DNA of 63,001 nt from an uncultured Nitrosopumilaceae archaeon (GCA_937897875.1 CALCPD010000008.1:1-63001); one strand, 5' to 3'; counted from the stretch's first letter, positions 1 to 9,476 are shown. Program-made: numbers and translations. Notes: generated by a model from the sequence alone, not told the origin.

Positions 1-2
1 AA

Positions 3-668
3 GACGCATCTGGAAAACCATTATCAACTTCAATGAAAAGTACAATTGAACGTCTTAGAACTTGGGATAGTAGAAGTAAAGTTAATGCATCATCAGATAA
101 AAATTTGAGACAAGCATTAAGTGAACTTGCAACATTAAAAGATAAACTTTCACTTTCAGATTCAGTTATCGAAAAAGCAGCTTACATTTACAGAAAAGCA
201 TTAGAGAAAGGATTAGTCAAAGGTCGTTCAATTTCTGCATTAATTGCATCTGCATTATATGCAGCTTGTAGAGATACAGAAACACCAAGAACATTGAAAG
301 ATGTTGCAGATGCAGGTAACATTAAGAAAAAAGATATTGCAAGATGTTACAGATTATTACACAGAGAATTAGAATTAAAAATGCCGGTAGTTGATCCAAC
401 ACAATGTGTTGCAAAAATTGCAAGTAAATTACAAATTTCTGAAAAAACAAAACGTTATGGAATTAAAGTTTTAAGAGAAGCACAAGAACATGAAGAATCT
501 GCTGGCAAAGATCCAATGGGACTTGCAGCAGCAGCATTATACCTGTCATGCGTTAAAAATGGAGAAGATAGAACTCAAAGAGACATAGCTGAAGCTGCAA
601 ATGTAACTGAAGTAACAATAAGAAATAGATACAAAGGACTGAGATTAGATCAGAGTATTGAAAGGTAG
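3..668 (+). CDS. tfb: Transcription initiation factor IIB (5'-truncated by window)
   Basis: Two cyclin repeats with GRS, PRTL, GKDPMG and VTEVTIRNRYK motifs; frame is open upstream of the ORF-track start at 33. Confidence 0.95.
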   Translation, partial: DASGKPLSTSMKSTIERLRTWDSRSKVNASSDKNLRQALSELATLKDKLSLSDSVIEKAAYIYRKALEKGLVKGRSISALIASALYAACRDTETPRTLKDVADAGNIKKKDIARCYRLLHRELELKMPVVDPTQCVAKIASKLQISEKTKRYGIKVLREAQEHEESAGKDPMGLAAAALYLSCVKNGEDRTQRDIAEAANVTEVTIRNRYKGLRLDQSIER

Positions 669-679
669 AATGAGATAGG

Positions 680-1240
680 ATGCCACAAACAAAACCAGTC
701 ATTGCAATTGTAAACGTAGTAGCTTCTGCTACAATTGATCAAAAATTAGACCTTGTCGATATTACAAAAAAATTCCCAGATGTAGAATACCATCCTGAGC
801 AATTCCCAGGAGCAGTGTTTAGACTTAAAAATCCAAAAACAGCTACTTTGTTATTTAGTTCAGGCAAAATGGTTTGTACAGGTGCAAAATCACAAGAATT
901 AGCAGAAACAGCAGTATCCAATGTAGTAAAAATTTTAAGAAAAGGTAAAATTAAAATTAAAAAAGATGCCGTAGTTTCAATTCAAAATATTGTTTCTTCA
1001 ATTAACTTGGGCGGCAAAGTCAACTTGGAACAAGCAGCAAGAACATTGCCAAGAAGCATGTACGAACCAGAACAATTCCCAGGTTTGATTCACAGAATGC
1101 TTGACCCAAAAACAGTCATCTTGATTTTTGCATCAGGAAAACTAGTTTGTGTTGGAGCTAAATTAGAAAAAGAAATTCATCGTTCAGTCCACCAAATTCA
1201 CAGTCTATTAGAAGAAAAAGACTTGATGGTATACGATTAA
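680..1240 (+). CDS. tbp: TATA-box binding protein
   Basis: Two repeats of NVVAS/NIVSS...YxPEQFPG...FxSGKxVCxGAK. Confidence 0.97.
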   Translation: MPQTKPVIAIVNVVASATIDQKLDLVDITKKFPDVEYHPEQFPGAVFRLKNPKTATLLFSSGKMVCTGAKSQELAETAVSNVVKILRKGKIKIKKDAVVSIQNIVSSINLGGKVNLEQAARTLPRSMYEPEQFPGLIHRMLDPKTVILIFASGKLVCVGAKLEKEIHRSVHQIHSLLEEKDLMVYD

Positions 1241-1252
1241 TTTTAAAAAAAG

Positions 1253-2524
1253 CTATTCAATTTTTAATGGTATTTCAATAGATCCAAAACTTTCATTGAC
1301 CCTAAAATTATAATTTTTAGAGGAATCATATATGAATTGATTTCCACCATAACCAATATTTGGTCCAAACATCATATTGAAAATAAATGATGTTCCAGGA
1401 CTAATTGGAATTTGACCAGATATAAAGTCCATTCCAGCATACTTGAATGCTTTAGAGCCATCCCAAACATCATAGTTACAAATTGAAGGTCCAGTACATT
1501 TCAGTGAAATAACTTCATTAGAGTTATTTTCAGCCATAATTCTTAAACGAAGCATAGCCTGACCAGAAGAACTTATTTCAAATTCATTTCCAAAATTTCC
1601 AATCCCAGGATAGTAGTAAGTTATAGATCCAACATCATATCTATCAGAAGATTTTTTGAATTCAGTAAATTCAAGATTTTGTTTAATTTCTTTTTCACAA
1701 TTGAGTCTTTTGTAATTAGATTTAATGGATTGACATTCAGATACAATTGAATCAGATACAGATTTTACAGAATTATCACCTACGGATATAATACCAGATT
1801 TTACAAGGTGGTTAATTCCACTCAGAAAATCAGATTCAGTAATTTGGCCATCAGCCCACCATCCTGCGTTGTTTTTGACCCATGTAGGAATTTTATCACT
1901 CTTTTGGGAAAGAGTAGAAGTATCAACTTCAATGATTTTTTCTTTTATTAAAAATTGAATTCCTTGAACAAATGATGAATCATCGATAGAGCCGTCAGCC
2001 CACCATCCTGCGTTGTTTTTAATCCAAACAGGGACTTTTTCAACAGATTTTGACATACGATACTTGGGATCTATTTTATCAAGAAGTGGAGTCATGTTTT
2101 GACCAGAGATTTTAACAATTGCTGCTGAAAAAATGTTAGATGTAGAACCATCAGGCATAGTGAAATCCACATACTTTGCATAAACAGTGTCACCAGGCAT
2201 TGAAACTAGACGATTCTTTGCAGTATCTCCTGAATCAGCAACAAAAACACGTCCTTTGAAAATTCCACTATAAACTCCAGTTTCCACAACTTGTATTTCA
2301 AGCCCATCAGGTGAAGAGTCAGACCAAACAGATATTGTAAATTTATCAGCAAAATTTGGATATTCCTTTTTGTTCATGTCATTATCGTGAACATAGATAT
2401 CTACAAAAGAATTTGAAGAGATAATTTCTTGTTTCCAATAAATTGTACCAATATTGGAAGGTTCTGCAAATGCAACAGGAATTATAAAAATCAGTAAAGG
2501 AAGAATCAAGACAAGTAGGTTCAT
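1253..2524 (-). CDS. Secreted/surface protein with two thaumarchaeal WxKNNAGWWADG modules
   Basis: Signal peptide; two PxWxKNNAGWWADG modules; C-terminal Cys-containing domain shared with 2617-3381. Confidence 0.8.
   Translation of the reverse strand: MNLLVLILPLLIFIIPVAFAEPSNIGTIYWKQEIISSNSFVDIYVHDNDMNKKEYPNFADKFTISVWSDSSPDGLEIQVVETGVYSGIFKGRVFVADSGDTAKNRLVSMPGDTVYAKYVDFTMPDGSTSNIFSAAIVKISGQNMTPLLDKIDPKYRMSKSVEKVPVWIKNNAGWWADGSIDDSSFVQGIQFLIKEKIIEVDTSTLSQKSDKIPTWVKNNAGWWADGQITESDFLSGINHLVKSGIISVGDNSVKSVSDSIVSECQSIKSNYKRLNCEKEIKQNLEFTEFKKSSDRYDVGSITYYYPGIGNFGNEFEISSSGQAMLRLRIMAENNSNEVISLKCTGPSICNYDVWDGSKAFKYAGMDFISGQIPISPGTSFIFNMMFGPNIGYGGNQFIYDSSKNYNFRVNESFGSIEIPLKIE
1952..2032. repeat. 81-nt near-identical dispersed repeat, copy 1 (copy 2 at 17920-18000)
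   Basis: Manual alignment shows 1 mismatch in 81 nt; encodes PVWIKNNAGWWADGSIDDSSFVQGIQF. Confidence 0.85.
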
Positions 2525-2573
2525 AAAAAAATTATTTGGTTTTAATTATATAAAAACTAGAACTAGTGATCAA

Positions 2574-2582
2574 TAGTGCTAA
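2574..2582 (-). promoter_or_regulatory. TTRGCACTA regulon box for the 1253-2524 gene
   Basis: TAGTGCTAA on + strand; 20-nt gap to TATA (TTATATAA, 2546-2553); 50 nt from start codon. Confidence 0.8.
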
Positions 2583-2616
2583 CTAAAAGAATAAAAATAA
2601 AAATAGAAAAAGGAAG

Positions 2617-3381
2617 TTATTCCAGGTCTAGGTGAACATCAAAACTACCAAATGGTTCATTGATTCTAAAGGTATAACTCTTTGAAGAATCATACTCAAA
2701 TTCAGTTCCACCATATCCAATATTTGGACCAAATAAGATATTGAATTCTCTTGCATCACCAGGGTTCATTACGATTTGTCCACTAGTGAAATCCATTCCA
2801 GAATATTTGAATGCCTTTGAGCCATCCCAAACATCGTAGTTACAAATAGCTGGACTAGTACAGTTTATTGCTGTAATTTCAGAACTAGTATTTTCTGCAA
2901 GCATGCGGACTGACAATATTGGTTGTCCAGTTGGAGTGATTTCAAATTCATTTCCTTCAGAACCTACACCAAACCAATGATATGTAATTGGTCCTAGATC
3001 AAAGTGCTCAGCACCTGTTTTGTAGGTATGAACTAAAATCTCTTGTTTAATTGGTTTTTCACAATCAAGTCTTTTGTATGCTTTTACTATTTCTGAACAT
3101 TTTTCAAGTTCAGCCTCTAGTGAAGCAATAACAGGGTCATCGCTTGAAGATGCAGAGGATACAGATTTTTTGGATTCTTGTACTTGTGTAATACTCATGA
3201 TTCCTTCTTTGATCAAGAATTGAATTCCTTGAACAAATGAATCGTCATCAATCGTTCCTTCTGCCCACCAGCCTGCATTGTTCTTAACCCAAGCTGGAAC
3301 ATCAGCGTAAACTGATGATACACTTGAACCAACAAGCAGGAGTACAGCAATTGTAGAAATTGCAGTTAACACGGTTTTCAT
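2617..3381 (-). CDS. Secreted/surface protein, paralog of 1253-2524
   Basis: Signal peptide, WVKNNAGWWAEG module, shared CNYDVWDGSKAFKY...FGPNIGYGG domain. Confidence 0.8.
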   Translation of the reverse strand: MKTVLTAISTIAVLLLVGSSVSSVYADVPAWVKNNAGWWAEGTIDDDSFVQGIQFLIKEGIMSITQVQESKKSVSSASSSDDPVIASLEAELEKCSEIVKAYKRLDCEKPIKQEILVHTYKTGAEHFDLGPITYHWFGVGSEGNEFEITPTGQPILSVRMLAENTSSEITAINCTSPAICNYDVWDGSKAFKYSGMDFTSGQIVMNPGDAREFNILFGPNIGYGGTEFEYDSSKSYTFRINEPFGSFDVHLDLE

Positions 3382-3412
3382 TATTGAGCAAACGAGTTAA
3401 TTGTATTTAAAA

Positions 3413-3473
3413 TGGTGCTAAATTAAATTCTAGTGCTAAAATATTTTGAAATTATGAAAAAATATAGTGCTAA
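3413..3473 (-). promoter_or_regulatory. Three regulon boxes (variant 3413-3421; exact 3431-3439 and 3465-3473) in a divergent promoter region
   Basis: The 3431 box is 20 nt from TATA TTAAATAC (3403-3410) and 50 nt from the 3381 start; the 3465 box is about 21 nt before TTTATA at 3495. Confidence 0.8.
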
Positions 3474-3567
3474 CTAAATTTTAGACAATTCTTGTTTATA
3501 TGCAAATCAAAATGAATTCTCAGGGTATTGAAAAATAATTATTCAAGATCATCAAAAAGGGAGAACT

Positions 3568-4095
3568 ATGCAAGATTATCATAATGAATTAACTGAAAAA
3601 GAGGTTAAACAGTTTGTCAATGAAAGATTCTTAGAAGTAAAAAGTAGTAAAAAAATAAAAGAATTAGTTACATTTCAGGCCATGAACAAATATTTGATAA
3701 TGGCACACAATCAAGAGGAATTACGAGTATTAGGTAGAATTGTTGCCAGTAATAAAAAAAGAAAATTATCAGAAATAATGATTGATTATGAAAATAATCT
3801 AAAATTAGCTTTACAATCAAAGCCAACAATAAAAACACATAGTAATGTATTGATGCATTGTTTTGGATTTTTTTCCAAAGAATTTTCAGATTTAGAAAAA
3901 GAAAAGTTTTTTGATTTATTAACAGATTATAAAAATGAAAAAATAACAATCGGAAAAATACTTGCAGAAATTCACCCAATAGTATACAGGTTTAACAAAA
4001 CATACCTAGCAGGACAAACATATTTTTTACTATATTCAAATCCAGAACAAGGAAATATTTTTAAAATATTGGAAATCGATAAAACAAAAAAATAA
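3568..4095 (+). CDS. YbgA/DUF1722 family protein
   Basis: LVTFQAMNKYLIMAH...LGRIVA...HSNVLMHCFGFF...YLAGQTYF pattern typical of DUF1722. Confidence 0.8.
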   Translation: MQDYHNELTEKEVKQFVNERFLEVKSSKKIKELVTFQAMNKYLIMAHNQEELRVLGRIVASNKKRKLSEIMIDYENNLKLALQSKPTIKTHSNVLMHCFGFFSKEFSDLEKEKFFDLLTDYKNEKITIGKILAEIHPIVYRFNKTYLAGQTYFLLYSNPEQGNIFKILEIDKTKK

Positions 4096-4109
4096 AATTA
4101 ATTTATCAA

Positions 4110-5537
4110 TTAAGAAAAGTCAGTGTTGTATACAGGTCTAGCACCTTCAGGTACTTCAGCTGAAGCAGATTCAGATACAGGTTTTCCCCTAACTTGATAA
4201 ACCCTCACTTTATGAAATACATTGTGTGAGGAAAATATTGCCAATCCAGCAATTGCAGCACCAATGAAATTTCTGATAGTAATTTCCAAACTAGGCTCAG
4301 ATGCAACCAATGAGAGTTCAAATACGACATAAAAGTTATCAAATAACCAAAATGCCAGAGTCACCCAAGCAAGTATTCCACCTATCAAATAACCTAATCT
4401 GGCTTTCTGTTTTACAAATGAAATAGCAAACAAAATGGCAGCGTACCAAATTACGGAACCAATTAACCAAGGAATTTGCCAAACATCATTTCTATCATCC
4501 AACCAATAGTAAGTTGTGCCAATGAAAGCCATGGCACACAAAGTAATTAACAGAATTTTTTGATTCATTTTGTATGAAGTCTTTTCTCCTTCAGATTTAG
4601 AAATAGAATTGAAAGTTTTAGCCTCTTCTCTAGCAATTTGAATTGCTTGAGTCATATGTGCTAATTGGACAGGAATTAATTTTTGTGCAGAGTCATCTTT
4701 TACTACAGAATCATGTACCAGACTATCAACTAGAGGTCTTGCCAAAGAAGCTTTAACTGGAGTAACTAAATCAATCCAATACGAAGAAAGTCTAGGAGTT
4801 AAAAATGGAATTTGAATTACATTCAAGTTTCGATTAAGAATTGAAGAATACAATCTCATCAATTGTTCATATGTCATTACATCAGGTCCACCAATCTCTA
4901 GAATTTTTCCCGTAGTTTCAGGATTTTTCATTGAACCTATCAGATATTCAACAACGTTATCAACTGCAATTGGTTGTGTTTGAGATTTAACCCATTTTGG
5001 ACAAACCATTAGAGGTAATCTTTCAACAAGATATCTAAGCATAGCATAAGAGCCACCTTCAGCACCTACAATAACTGATGCTCTAATTTCAGTCACAGGA
5101 ATAGTTCCACTTGCCAAAATTTTCCCTACATCATGTCTACTTTTCATATGTTTTGATAATTCTAAACCTTCGTTAACCAAACCGCCTAGATAGATAATTC
5201 GCTTTACACCAGAATCAGTAGCAGCCTTTAAGAAATTTTGAGCCTGTTGTTTTTCTCTATTTGCAAATTCAGCCCAATCTTTTTTTGAACCTTCCATTGA
5301 ATGAAGCAAATAATATGCAGTTTCAATGCCTTCGGTAGCAGCAATTAAAGAGTTAACATCAAATGCATCGGCTTGAACACGTTTAACATTTTCAGTGTCA
5401 GGGTATTTTGATCGAGACATTGCAGTAACTGTAAATCCAGAATCAGTTAATTTTTTCAAAAGTTTTTTGCCAATAAAACCACTTGAACCAGTTACCAAAA
5501 TATCATATGGGCTGTTTTGAGAAACTGTGTCAGACAT
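4110..5537 (-). CDS. Atypical SDR NAD(P)-binding oxidoreductase (YbjT-like) with C-terminal membrane domain
   Basis: VTGSSGFIG Rossmann motif, YYLLHSM, IIYLGGL, TQPIAV; about 4 C-terminal TM helices. Confidence 0.8.
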   Translation of the reverse strand: MSDTVSQNSPYDILVTGSSGFIGKKLLKKLTDSGFTVTAMSRSKYPDTENVKRVQADAFDVNSLIAATEGIETAYYLLHSMEGSKKDWAEFANREKQQAQNFLKAATDSGVKRIIYLGGLVNEGLELSKHMKSRHDVGKILASGTIPVTEIRASVIVGAEGGSYAMLRYLVERLPLMVCPKWVKSQTQPIAVDNVVEYLIGSMKNPETTGKILEIGGPDVMTYEQLMRLYSSILNRNLNVIQIPFLTPRLSSYWIDLVTPVKASLARPLVDSLVHDSVVKDDSAQKLIPVQLAHMTQAIQIAREEAKTFNSISKSEGEKTSYKMNQKILLITLCAMAFIGTTYYWLDDRNDVWQIPWLIGSVIWYAAILFAISFVKQKARLGYLIGGILAWVTLAFWLFDNFYVVFELSLVASEPSLEITIRNFIGAAIAGLAIFSSHNVFHKVRVYQVRGKPVSESASAEVPEGARPVYNTDFS

Positions 5538-5539
5538 TG

Positions 5540-5917
5540 TTAAAATTCATCACTCAATTTCTTTAACTTGCGTAAATCGGTGATTTCTATATTACTACTA
5601 AGGGTAATGATTTTTGCAAGTTTAGGATTTGCTTTTTCGCCAAGTTTCAACACAGTATCACCACGTAATCTAACCTCAATAGTAGTTTTTTTCTGTGCCA
5701 AATCTTTTGCAAGTTCTTTAGCTTCAGAAAGTTGTTTTAAGAAACCAGGCATTTTTGTAATTTCAATTGGAATATCAATTATATCAATTATTTTTGTACT
5801 ACCGTCAACATGAAAATTCATTGTAGGGGAATCATTGCAAGTTATGCTTAATTTTCCGGTATCAAGATAAGATAAAAAATTAGCGGGAAGATCAAAGTTT
5901 TTCATTGTCATCCACAC
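5540..5917 (-). CDS. Hypothetical protein
   Basis: Tightly packed middle ORF of the 6112->4110 operon. Confidence 0.6.
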   Translation of the reverse strand: MWMTMKNFDLPANFLSYLDTGKLSITCNDSPTMNFHVDGSTKIIDIIDIPIEITKMPGFLKQLSEAKELAKDLAQKKTTIEVRLRGDTVLKLGEKANPKLAKIITLSSNIEITDLRKLKKLSDEF

Positions 5918-6112
5918 CTATTTTGTTGCTGTAATGGTTAGTTTACCGGTAAGGGAAACTGTACCTGTTGGGACAACTTGCTTGTCTTTCATAATCTTAC
6001 CAGCCATCTCAAGATTATCAAAATGATAAGTGATTGAGGCGTGTTTCTGTGTAAGTTTGTCAAAGATTTCAGCAAGAAGGTTAGCCCATTCTTGTTCTTC
6101 TGTACCTGCCAT
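5918..6112 (-). CDS. Small hypothetical protein, first gene of operon
   Basis: ATG with TATA (6134-6141) and regulon box upstream. Confidence 0.65.
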   Translation of the reverse strand: MAGTEEQEWANLLAEIFDKLTQKHASITYHFDNLEMAGKIMKDKQVVPTGTVSLTGKLTITATK

Positions 6113-6161
6113 AATAGAAAAATTTGATTTATGATATTTAACCGACGAGAAGTTTTTGGAC

Positions 6162-6170
6162 TAGTGCTAA
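6162..6170 (-). promoter_or_regulatory. Regulon box for the 6112->4110 operon
   Basis: TAGTGCTAA; 20-nt gap to TTAAATAT (6134-6141); 50 nt to start. Confidence 0.85.
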
Positions 6171-6192
6171 GAAATCACATTGTTAAAAAAAA

Positions 6193-6201
6193 TTGGCACT
6201 A
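6193..6201 (+). promoter_or_regulatory. Regulon box for the B12-binding regulator gene
   Basis: TTGGCACTA; 20-nt gap to TTAAATAT (6222-6229); 49 nt to start 6250. Confidence 0.85.
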
Positions 6202-6249
6202 GTACAAATGATTACCATTAGTTAAATATCTTAAAAGGATAAAAAATCA

Positions 6250-7104
6250 ATGGTCTACATAAGGGCTAAAAAAGTCAAATCCGATCAATATTTGTATTTA
6301 GTAAAAAGTGTCTGGGATTCTAAAAAAAGTACATCCAAACAAGAGATTGTCAAATATTTAGGAAAAGCATCAGAAGTAGTAAAGGATGACATACCATTAG
6401 AATTTAGAAATAATGCAAAAATTTTATCAGTTCTAGCATCATATAATCCTGAAGACATTCAAAAAAGAGAAGATGCAACAAAAAAATCAAAACAACAATT
6501 ATTTAAAAAATTGACAGACGGAAATATAGAAGAATGTATTAAAATTTACAAAAATTACGTTGAAATATTTAACATAGCAGATTTCTTTGATAGAATTTTA
6601 AGACCAGTGATGTCGAAAATAGGAGAAGATTGGGATAGTGGGAAATTACCAATTGCAACAGAGCATGTAGCAAGTAATGTTGCCCAAACACTAGTAAAAA
6701 TCATCATGGAGCAAGTTTCAGGTACTGGAAATAAAAAGAAAATAATGCTCTGTGTACCAGTTGGAGAAGAACATCATATAGGCTGTGATGTGCTTGAAAC
6801 TTATCTAACAATCAAGGGATTCAAAGTTTTCAATATGGGCACATCAATTCCAACTGAATCAATTATTGAGTTCATAGACATGAAAAAACCAGACATAGTT
6901 TTAATTTCAATTACTATACAAGATAATGTATTAGCTGGACAAAGATTGGCAAAGAGAATCAGAGAAAAAAGTAAAATTCCAATTTTAGTCGGAGGCTATG
7001 CATTGCAAATTGATAATCCACCAAAATTTGAAGGAAATGTAATTGGGGATGCTAGTTTGGAAGATATTCCAAAAATACTAAGAAAAATACCATTAACAAT
7101 TTAG
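6250..7104 (+). CDS. CarH/LitR-like cobalamin-binding (photoreceptor-type) protein with basic N-terminal beta-sheet domain
   Basis: W-x9-EH (WDSGKLPIATEH) in helix bundle, GEEHHIG B12 motif, Rossmann B12 domain (PDIVLIS, ILVGG). Confidence 0.85.
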   Translation: MVYIRAKKVKSDQYLYLVKSVWDSKKSTSKQEIVKYLGKASEVVKDDIPLEFRNNAKILSVLASYNPEDIQKREDATKKSKQQLFKKLTDGNIEECIKIYKNYVEIFNIADFFDRILRPVMSKIGEDWDSGKLPIATEHVASNVAQTLVKIIMEQVSGTGNKKKIMLCVPVGEEHHIGCDVLETYLTIKGFKVFNMGTSIPTESIIEFIDMKKPDIVLISITIQDNVLAGQRLAKRIREKSKIPILVGGYALQIDNPPKFEGNVIGDASLEDIPKILRKIPLTI

Positions 7105-8439
7105 AAAAGATTCAATTTTTGGAGTACATAGAATTGAACTATGTGCAGCAGAATCAGTCCCAATACCATAACTGACTGTAGAGTCTCCAACAAAAAACAA
7201 ACCATCAATTCCAGGAATTACATGAGGCATTTTAGACTTCCAAACTTTTCCAGGTTCCTTTACTACAGATTCAACTAATTTCCATGCCATTGGACGTTCC
7301 CAAAGTAATGAAGAAGTAAATTTTGGATAAATTGAAGATATTTCTTGCTTCATTTTACTTACAATATTTTTAATTTTTTCAGAATCTTCGGTTTCAGAAG
7401 GAAGCACAGGAGTCCCTGCAATAATCAAATGCTCACCAGAAGGAGAAACAGATGGGGTAATATTAGAAATGAAAAAAATACCCTTAGTAACATAATCATC
7501 ACCCACAGGAAAAACAACTTGACGAGTATCTATTTGGGAATTTAATGCAAAATGTACTTCAACAACAGATGTTGTTTTATTTAATTTATCAATTTTTTGT
7601 ACAAATTTTCTGTCAATTACATTTTCTTCAAATAATTGATTTAATGCAGTATATGCAGGATATGAAATTACAACAGAATTTGTAGGGATGAGTTTTTCAG
7701 AATTTGAGGAGTCATTTACAATAACTCCCGTTACTTTAGAATTTTCAATGACTACTTTCTTCACAGATTGTTTCATTTGAATTTCGCCACCTTTCTCTAA
7801 AATATAGTCTCCAAGAACATTACAAATAGAATCATAACCACCGCCATCAGGGTATGCAAACTCACTGGTTCCACCCTTAAACGGATTAGCTCTAATGATG
7901 GTTCTAGCAAATTCACCTAGTGAAATGTGATCAGCAGTATCAGCAAAAGCTAACATGCATACTGCTTCAAAAAATGCGTTTGTGTCAGCATCCAAGTTAT
8001 CGGTAATTTTGGTTAGTGGTATTTCATCCCATAATTCAGTTTTTTCAATAGAGGAAAATGCCAATGGCAATAATAATTTAAGAAGTCTAACTCTACTTTT
8101 GAATGGTATCAAAGATAGTTTCAGTAAATCAATCATACCTTTAGGATAAATATGAAATCCAGTTGTAGCATAGAATGCAATATCATCGACTTTTGCAAGC
8201 TTTAATCTAGATTCAATTCCCAAATTTTTTAAAATAGTGAAAATGGCAGATTTTTTGTAAAAAGGCATTATATGAAATCCGTTATCAAGAACATGATTTC
8301 GATACTTCATCGATGCGGTTCTGCCACCCAATTTACCAGATTTTTCCAATACCATTACTTTGTGACCTTTATTTGCTAGCAAAGCACCAGTTGTCAAACC
8401 ACCTACTCCTGCGCCAATAATGACTGTAGGAGAAGACAT
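7093..8439 (-). CDS. FAD-dependent oxidoreductase, phytoene desaturase (CrtI)/amine oxidase superfamily
   Basis: IIGAGVGGL...LEK...LGGR, DNGFH, YPDGG, C-terminal GLFFVGDS. Confidence 0.8.
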   Translation of the reverse strand: MSSPTVIIGAGVGGLTTGALLANKGHKVMVLEKSGKLGGRTASMKYRNHVLDNGFHIMPFYKKSAIFTILKNLGIESRLKLAKVDDIAFYATTGFHIYPKGMIDLLKLSLIPFKSRVRLLKLLLPLAFSSIEKTELWDEIPLTKITDNLDADTNAFFEAVCMLAFADTADHISLGEFARTIIRANPFKGGTSEFAYPDGGGYDSICNVLGDYILEKGGEIQMKQSVKKVVIENSKVTGVIVNDSSNSEKLIPTNSVVISYPAYTALNQLFEENVIDRKFVQKIDKLNKTTSVVEVHFALNSQIDTRQVVFPVGDDYVTKGIFFISNITPSVSPSGEHLIIAGTPVLPSETEDSEKIKNIVSKMKQEISSIYPKFTSSLLWERPMAWKLVESVVKEPGKVWKSKMPHVIPGIDGLFFVGDSTVSYGIGTDSAAHSSILCTPKIESFLNC

Positions 8440-8487
8440 GAGTAAATTTCTTAATTTTTCTATTTAATTGAGGCTAACTTAATTCTC

Positions 8488-8496
8488 TAGTGCTAA
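8488..8496 (-). promoter_or_regulatory. Regulon box for the CrtI-family gene
   Basis: TAGTGCTAA; 20-nt gap to TTAAATAG (8460-8467); 49 nt to start. Confidence 0.85.
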
Positions 8497-8508
8497 CTAC
8501 TTTTGAAT

Positions 8509-8949
8509 TTAAATTGATTTAGAATAGGATTCAGCACAAACAATGAATTCAGACATTACAGAATTCATTCTTTTTAATAAATAAATTTTCAAAAATGGAA
8601 TTAATCGTAAAATACCATTAAGTTTTAAATCCACAATAATTAAAATTTCAGTTCCAATTGAATTTGAATTATAAGTTTCAATAAAGGAAGTACCTTTAGC
8701 AGGACCACTTAAAATAAACACTTTGTGGATATTGGGTTCAATAATTACATGTTTAGTTTTGATGTCTATTTTTTTACCTAAAAAAATAATTGATTCTAAT
8801 ACAATTTTTTCATTTGAAGAATCACTAATTATTTTTAATGATTTAAAATATTTTGGCATGATTTTATGAAAATTTTCCACATCAGTACTAATTTGAAATA
8901 TTTTATCAGGTTCAAGAGTACTTTTTTGAATTAGATTAAAACTACTCAT
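8509..8949 (-). CDS. SRPBCC/polyketide cyclase-like (START-fold) protein
   Basis: IFQISTDVENFHKIMP...SGPAKG pattern, about 146 aa. Confidence 0.7.
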   Translation of the reverse strand: MSSFNLIQKSTLEPDKIFQISTDVENFHKIMPKYFKSLKIISDSSNEKIVLESIIFLGKKIDIKTKHVIIEPNIHKVFILSGPAKGTSFIETYNSNSIGTEILIIVDLKLNGILRLIPFLKIYLLKRMNSVMSEFIVCAESYSKSI

Positions 8950-9304
8950 TAGTGATCTTTTTAGATAAATAATCCCATAAATTTGATTTTATCACTTTCA
9001 TATCAGGATAAAATTTTTGTATTTCAAAACATAGATTGACCAAAGATTGTTTTACAGCATCAGTTTTAGCAGGATCAGTTAAAGGGTATAATCGAATTGT
9101 TGTTTTTTCTTTACTAGTCATCAGATGAATAAAGAATTCATGGTGGGAATCATCAATTACAACTGCAGACAATAAGGCATTACTACCTCGCGTATCAATA
9201 TACATATCTTGAATTTTAATTAAAGGAGATTTTTGAAATATGGGCTTAAACAAAATTGAAAAATCAAAAAGATTCAAACTTTTATCCAATACAATATGAG
9301 GCAT
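8942..9304 (-). CDS. Hypothetical protein, co-transcribed with the SRPBCC gene
   Basis: ATG at 9304; 8-nt overlap with the downstream gene. Confidence 0.65.
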   Translation of the reverse strand: MPHIVLDKSLNLFDFSILFKPIFQKSPLIKIQDMYIDTRGSNALLSAVVIDDSHHEFFIHLMTSKEKTTIRLYPLTDPAKTDAVKQSLVNLCFEIQKFYPDMKVIKSNLWDYLSKKITNE

Positions 9305-9352
9305 CAACTATTTAGAAAAATAATTTATAAAAACATAATTAAATAAAATTCA

Positions 9353-9428
9353 TAGTGCCAATTAATTTTAAACATTCTAGTGGTAAAAAAATAGTAATTA
9401 AGCTTTATTTTTGACCATTTTAGCACTA
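9353..9428. promoter_or_regulatory. Divergent promoter with regulon boxes at 9353-9361 (-), 9378-9386 (variant) and 9420-9428 (+)
   Basis: Both exact boxes are 49 nt from their starts (9304 and 9477) and 20 nt from TATA elements (9325-9332 and 9449-9456). Confidence 0.85.
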
Positions 9429-9476
9429 GATAAAAAAATTTCAGTCTTTTAAATAAAATAAAAACGTAATCAGACT

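Noticed and set aside
307-333. 27-nt identity between the two tfb genes (also 10021-10047)
   Set aside because: Short and within a conserved protein segment; insufficient to claim gene conversion
6250-6370. Transposase remnant (N-terminus resembles transposase/integrase ends)
   Set aside because: No catalytic domain or terminal repeats; fused in frame to an intact B12 domain in two paralogs
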